This document shows positions 60,205-64,000 of a stretch of DNA of 64,000 bases, piece after piece; the stretch's first letter is position 1; each line of letters starts with the position of its first letter. A model generated the notes under the pieces. It saw only the letters and a list, made by a program, of their open reading frames with translations. It had not been told where the DNA came from and did no database searches. This DNA is from Octopus sinensis (taxonomy: Eukaryota). The stretch spans positions 35,092,001 through 35,156,000 of the forward strand of contig NC_043002.1 in NCBI RefSeq assembly GCF_006345805.1, in the 5' to 3' direction. Position numbers and translations under genes: made by a program.

Positions 60205-60581
60205 TATTACAGGCAAAGATTAAATGAATGACTACCCTTATACCTTATAAAAAGATCAATCCCTTATCCTTAGCTATAATAGTCACTGACTTGCCATAGT
60301 TGATAAGATGGGTTTAGACCTGTTGTACTGTTATTACAGGCAAAGATTAAATGAATGACTACCCTTATACCTTATAAAAAATCAATCCCTTATCCTTAGC
60401 TATAATAGTCACTGACTTGCCATAGTTGATAAGATGGGTTTAGACCTGTTGTACTGTTATTACAGGCAAAGATTAAATGAATGACTACCCTTATACCTTA
60501 TAAAAAATCAATCCCTTATCCTTAGCTATAATAGTCACTGACTTGCCATAGTTGATAAGATGGGTTTAGCCCTGTTGTACT
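60205..60581. repeat. Three near-identical tandem copies of a 126-127-bp unit
   Basis: ttacaggcaaagattaaatg starts at 60207, 60334 and 60460. Confidence 0.95.
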
Positions 60582-61859
60582 ACCAGCTGCTGTAGCTATT
60601 ATATTATATAGCTCAAGTTCATGATAATCTTTTAGATTTTCAAGAACTTGAGATGTTTAGTTGGCACTCAGTTTGGTATGAGACTCAACTTGTGGATCTG
60701 CAGATTCTACCAAAGTCAATGAAACTAATTGTAACACCAAGTACTACTGACACTTCATTATGATATATCAATATATAATCTTTGGGGTCATATCATATAT
60801 ATAGCTCTACCATTATTATCAATAATTTTTCTCCAATTGTCTCATTCACTCAGGTTAACTGCAATAGATAACTACACTTTTCTTTCTCTCTGCAGGATTG
60901 TTAAGATTGGTAAAAAAATTAAAAGTAGAATAGGCAAGTAGGGCACAGAGAATGTTACTAATTCATTGTCTAAGAGTATTGTTTAAAGTTATGATATGTC
61001 TTCATTTGCTATTCAACACATTAACTCGCATCAATTAAACTTGTTAGTAGTTCATATCATTGGTTCCCTGTGATAGATAATGCTATTCACCATTTTGATA
61101 TATGGAAATAAACTCATATTAATATTACTAAAATTGATAGATTAAATTAAGCTGGCAGAATCGTTAGCACACTAGGCTTAGCAATATTTTGTCCGTCTAT
61201 GTTCTGAGTTCAAATTCCACCAGGATCAATAAAATAAGTATCAGTTGAACACTGGGGATCAATGTAAGCCATTCAAAATTATATTCAGTTTTCTCCCTTC
61301 AACTGATCAGGAATTTATAAACTAGAAAATATTGTTGCCTGCTTCACTTTGGATCATAATAGAAACTTAACCTCTTTGATAACTTCACACTTTTGTAATA
61401 ATGTTTGATAAACCACAAATGCTTGCCATGTATTCAATGAAATTTAATTCTCTTGATGTTTATTTTCTGATACTGAAACTGTTTTGTTGTCTAATCAAAT
61501 AATGACCTTTTGAAAAAGATATGACTTTTACTGAAGATAATGTTAAGCTTTATTCTGAATACTTACAAAGAATAAACCAAATACTTAAATGTAAATGTTA
61601 GTCATAAGACAAAGAGAAAATATCTCATAAATCTCGCAATGTTATAAATGTAATAGAATTTTATGAAATATATTTTATGAAGTTAACATTTTTATATCAC
61701 TTCAAATCTCTCTTGTTGGCTATAATAACACAGAAAGGTGTCACACCCAAATGTTGGTGTAGCAATAGCTTTGTAGACTGCTACAAAGCAATGATGTTTT
61801 AAAGAGGAGAGGTTTCATATTGATGGACTAACGAAGGTGAAATTTACACAGAGTTATAG

Positions 61860-62290
61860 CAAACTTGATTATGAAGAACACTACCGATGTCATTATGCTA
61901 GCGAGGCAAGTGCAGAAATACTTATCTAGGAACAAGCTCCAATACTTGGTATTTGTTGACCTGGAAAAAACTTTGATGGGGTTCATACTTTCATATCTGA
62001 CTGTTGCAAAAAGCAGTAAGAGCTGGTGAATGGTTTGTGAAAGATGTACAGAAGTGCTGTCAATAAGGTACAACATTGAATTTAGAATGCAGATAGAGAT
62101 CCATCAGAACTCTAGCAAAGTTTTAGTGATGCTCCATCATAGTGAGAAGGTTTATGACAACCAGAAAGAAATAAAGCAAACATTCTCCACTGAATGTGTG
62201 ATATCAGAATGCATGAATAACATCTCAAATGAGCTGAGAGTAAAACTAGATATAAATGGACTTAACATAAAATTGGGAAGGTAAGGAAGA
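61860..62290 (+). mobile_element. Highly degenerate RTE RT remnant
   Basis: TTDVIMLARQVQKYLSRNKLQYLVFVDLEK motif. Confidence 0.6.
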
Positions 62291-62394
62291 ACATAGGGAT
62301 GGGTTATCAAAAAAGAGAGTGTATATTTTAAGATTACTGAAAAGTGGTGTAGTAACGTGTTCCCATTTGTATGCCAATTAACTGAGATGGTGAA

Positions 62395-62513
62395 CCTGAT
62401 GGCTGCATCAGGCTCCTGCCAGATCTGATTGGAGCCTAGCATCTGGTTTGCCAGTCCTCAGTCAAATCGTCCAACCCATGCTAGCATGGAAAGCAGACGT
62501 TAAACGATGATGA
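62395..62513 (+). mobile_element. Short RTE-tail element
   Basis: Shared tail ccaacccatgctagcatggaaagcagacgttaaacgatgatga. Confidence 0.8.
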
Positions 62514-63174
62514 GAATTGAATCCAGACACATAAGTCATTTTTGAGAGACTAAAATATTTTCTTGTTATTTCAAACAGAACCTGAAGTTATATTATTGTA
62601 TCAGTTTTTCAGCAAAACTATCTCATATATTTTATTGTGTCTGAGAAGAGTCATTATCTTTTAATGCCTTATTATTTAACACACCATTTTGATTTCCACT
62701 CATTTACTTATTTATTTTTTTCTAAAATTTTTGTTGCATCTTGCAACCTTTTCAATAGTCATTGACTTTCTCATATATTCTCTTCAGTTAATTTCACTAA
62801 ACACCAGTGACATCTACTATATAACATCTTATAAGAGATGTTTCCCCACAAAATTACTAGATTATACTTTATACAACTATTGTGATAATGGCTCTGATAA
62901 TCTGTTGGCAAATAATGCATGTTGACTTTAAGCTCGGCTTCAAAATCTGTTTTGAAGTAGTTTCCAGTGTGATTACACTAGTGTGATGGTGAGCAGTCAC
63001 ATTGTGTTTATATCTTGGTCTCAGTCTGCAAGAAGAACCCCTCTCTCTCATTCCAGTACTGAGAATTAATTCAACACTTTGCTGCAATCTCTACCAATGT
63101 TGAGTCAACCCATCATGTGGTACCTACATACAGCAAAATGGACAGTGGAATTATATGGATACAGGACAGAATTT

Positions 63175-64000
63175 TTACAGGCACATAAAAACACCATCCG
63201 AAGACCCGGCGACGTAGTCAGTCCACCTGTGCATACCTTCCCTCTTATGACACTTGTGAAGACCTGTTGAGGCAAGTGTGTGACACTTGTGAAGACCTGT
63301 TGAGGCAGAGGCAAGTGTGTGACACTTTGTGAAGACCTGTTGAGGCAGAGGCAAGTGTGTGACACTTGTGGAGACCTGTTGAGGCAAGTGTGTGACACGT
63401 GTGACACTTGTGAAGACCTGTTGAGGCAAGTGAAAATCAAACCAAATCAAAATAGATGAACATCAATGGAATTTGTATCTTTGTGGTTCCAGTACCGGTG
63501 GCACACAAGAAAACCATCCGATCGTGGCCGTTCGCCAGCCACATCTGGCACCTGTGTCGGTGGCACATAAAAACACCATCCGAAGACCCGGCGACGTAGT
63601 CAGTCCACCTGTGCATACCTTCCTACTTATGACACTTGTGAAGACCTGTTGAGGCAAGTGTGTGACACTTGTGTAGACCTGTTGAGGCAAGTGAAAATCA
63701 AAATCAAACCAAATCAAAGTAGATGAACATCAATGGAATTTGTATCTTTGTGGTACCAGTACTAGTCAGGCCATAACCCGTGGCCCCTACTTGGGACGTA
63801 GTCAGTCCACCTGTGCATACCTTCCTTCCTTCTTGTGACACTTGTGAAGACCTGTTGAGGCAAGTGAAAATCAAATCAAATCAAATCAAAATAGATGAAC
63901 ATCAATGGAATTTGTATCTTTGTGGTACCAGTGCCGGTGGCACACAAGAAAACTATCCGAACGTGGCCGTAGCCAGTACCGCATCGACTGGCCTCCGTGC
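63175..64000 (+). repeat. Nested tandem modular repeat related to the RTE-tail element, running off the window
   Basis: Three super-units containing 5, 2 and 1 copies of the 33-bp tgacacttgtgaagacctgttgaggcaagtgtg unit, joined to ggtggcac..aaaa.cacc modules. Confidence 0.8.

Noticed and set aside
60205-60581. CRISPR-like array
   Set aside because: Head-to-tail repeats without unique spacers, in a eukaryotic context with no cas genes.
63248-63435. CRISPR-like 33-bp repeats, and CUGUUGAG..GAAA as a hammerhead
   Set aside because: No spacers between repeats; the core has U in place of the invariant A and no helix II forms.

Overview
AT-rich, repeat-dense animal DNA, most likely from an octopus (inferred from the repeat families and the clustered KRAB-less C2H2 zinc-finger genes; not database-checked). 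Host genes: the first coding exon of a SWI/SNF SMARCC gene (minus strand, remainder apparently off the left edge); a complete 5-exon CCDC12/Cwf18 gene (plus strand, 164 aa); and three C2H2 zinc-finger genes with 6, 31 and 11 fingers, each with a single coding exon. The rest is nested mobile DNA: RTE, RLE-type (R4/CRE-like) and L1/Tx1 LINE relics, RTE-tail short elements, SINEs, a hAT MITE, a mariner relic and Penelope-like elements (PLEs). Most interesting observations: (i) four hammerhead-ribozyme-like motifs, all on the minus strand. One sits in the terminal region of a complete 5.4-kb PLE with an 11-bp target-site duplication (TSD), and one abuts two back-to-back loopless palindromes, one of which is built from half a hammerhead. 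(ii) A 1.7-kb element encoding only a CCHC ORF1, with a poly(A) signal and a 10-bp TSD (HAL1-like), plus a diverged second family member. (iii) An inverted snapshot inside the PLE that preserves the pre-mutation RT sequence. (iv) A 31-finger protein built by block duplication, with fossil fingers in the UTRs. Repeat boundaries are approximate unless a TSD is quoted. No searches or folding programs were run.
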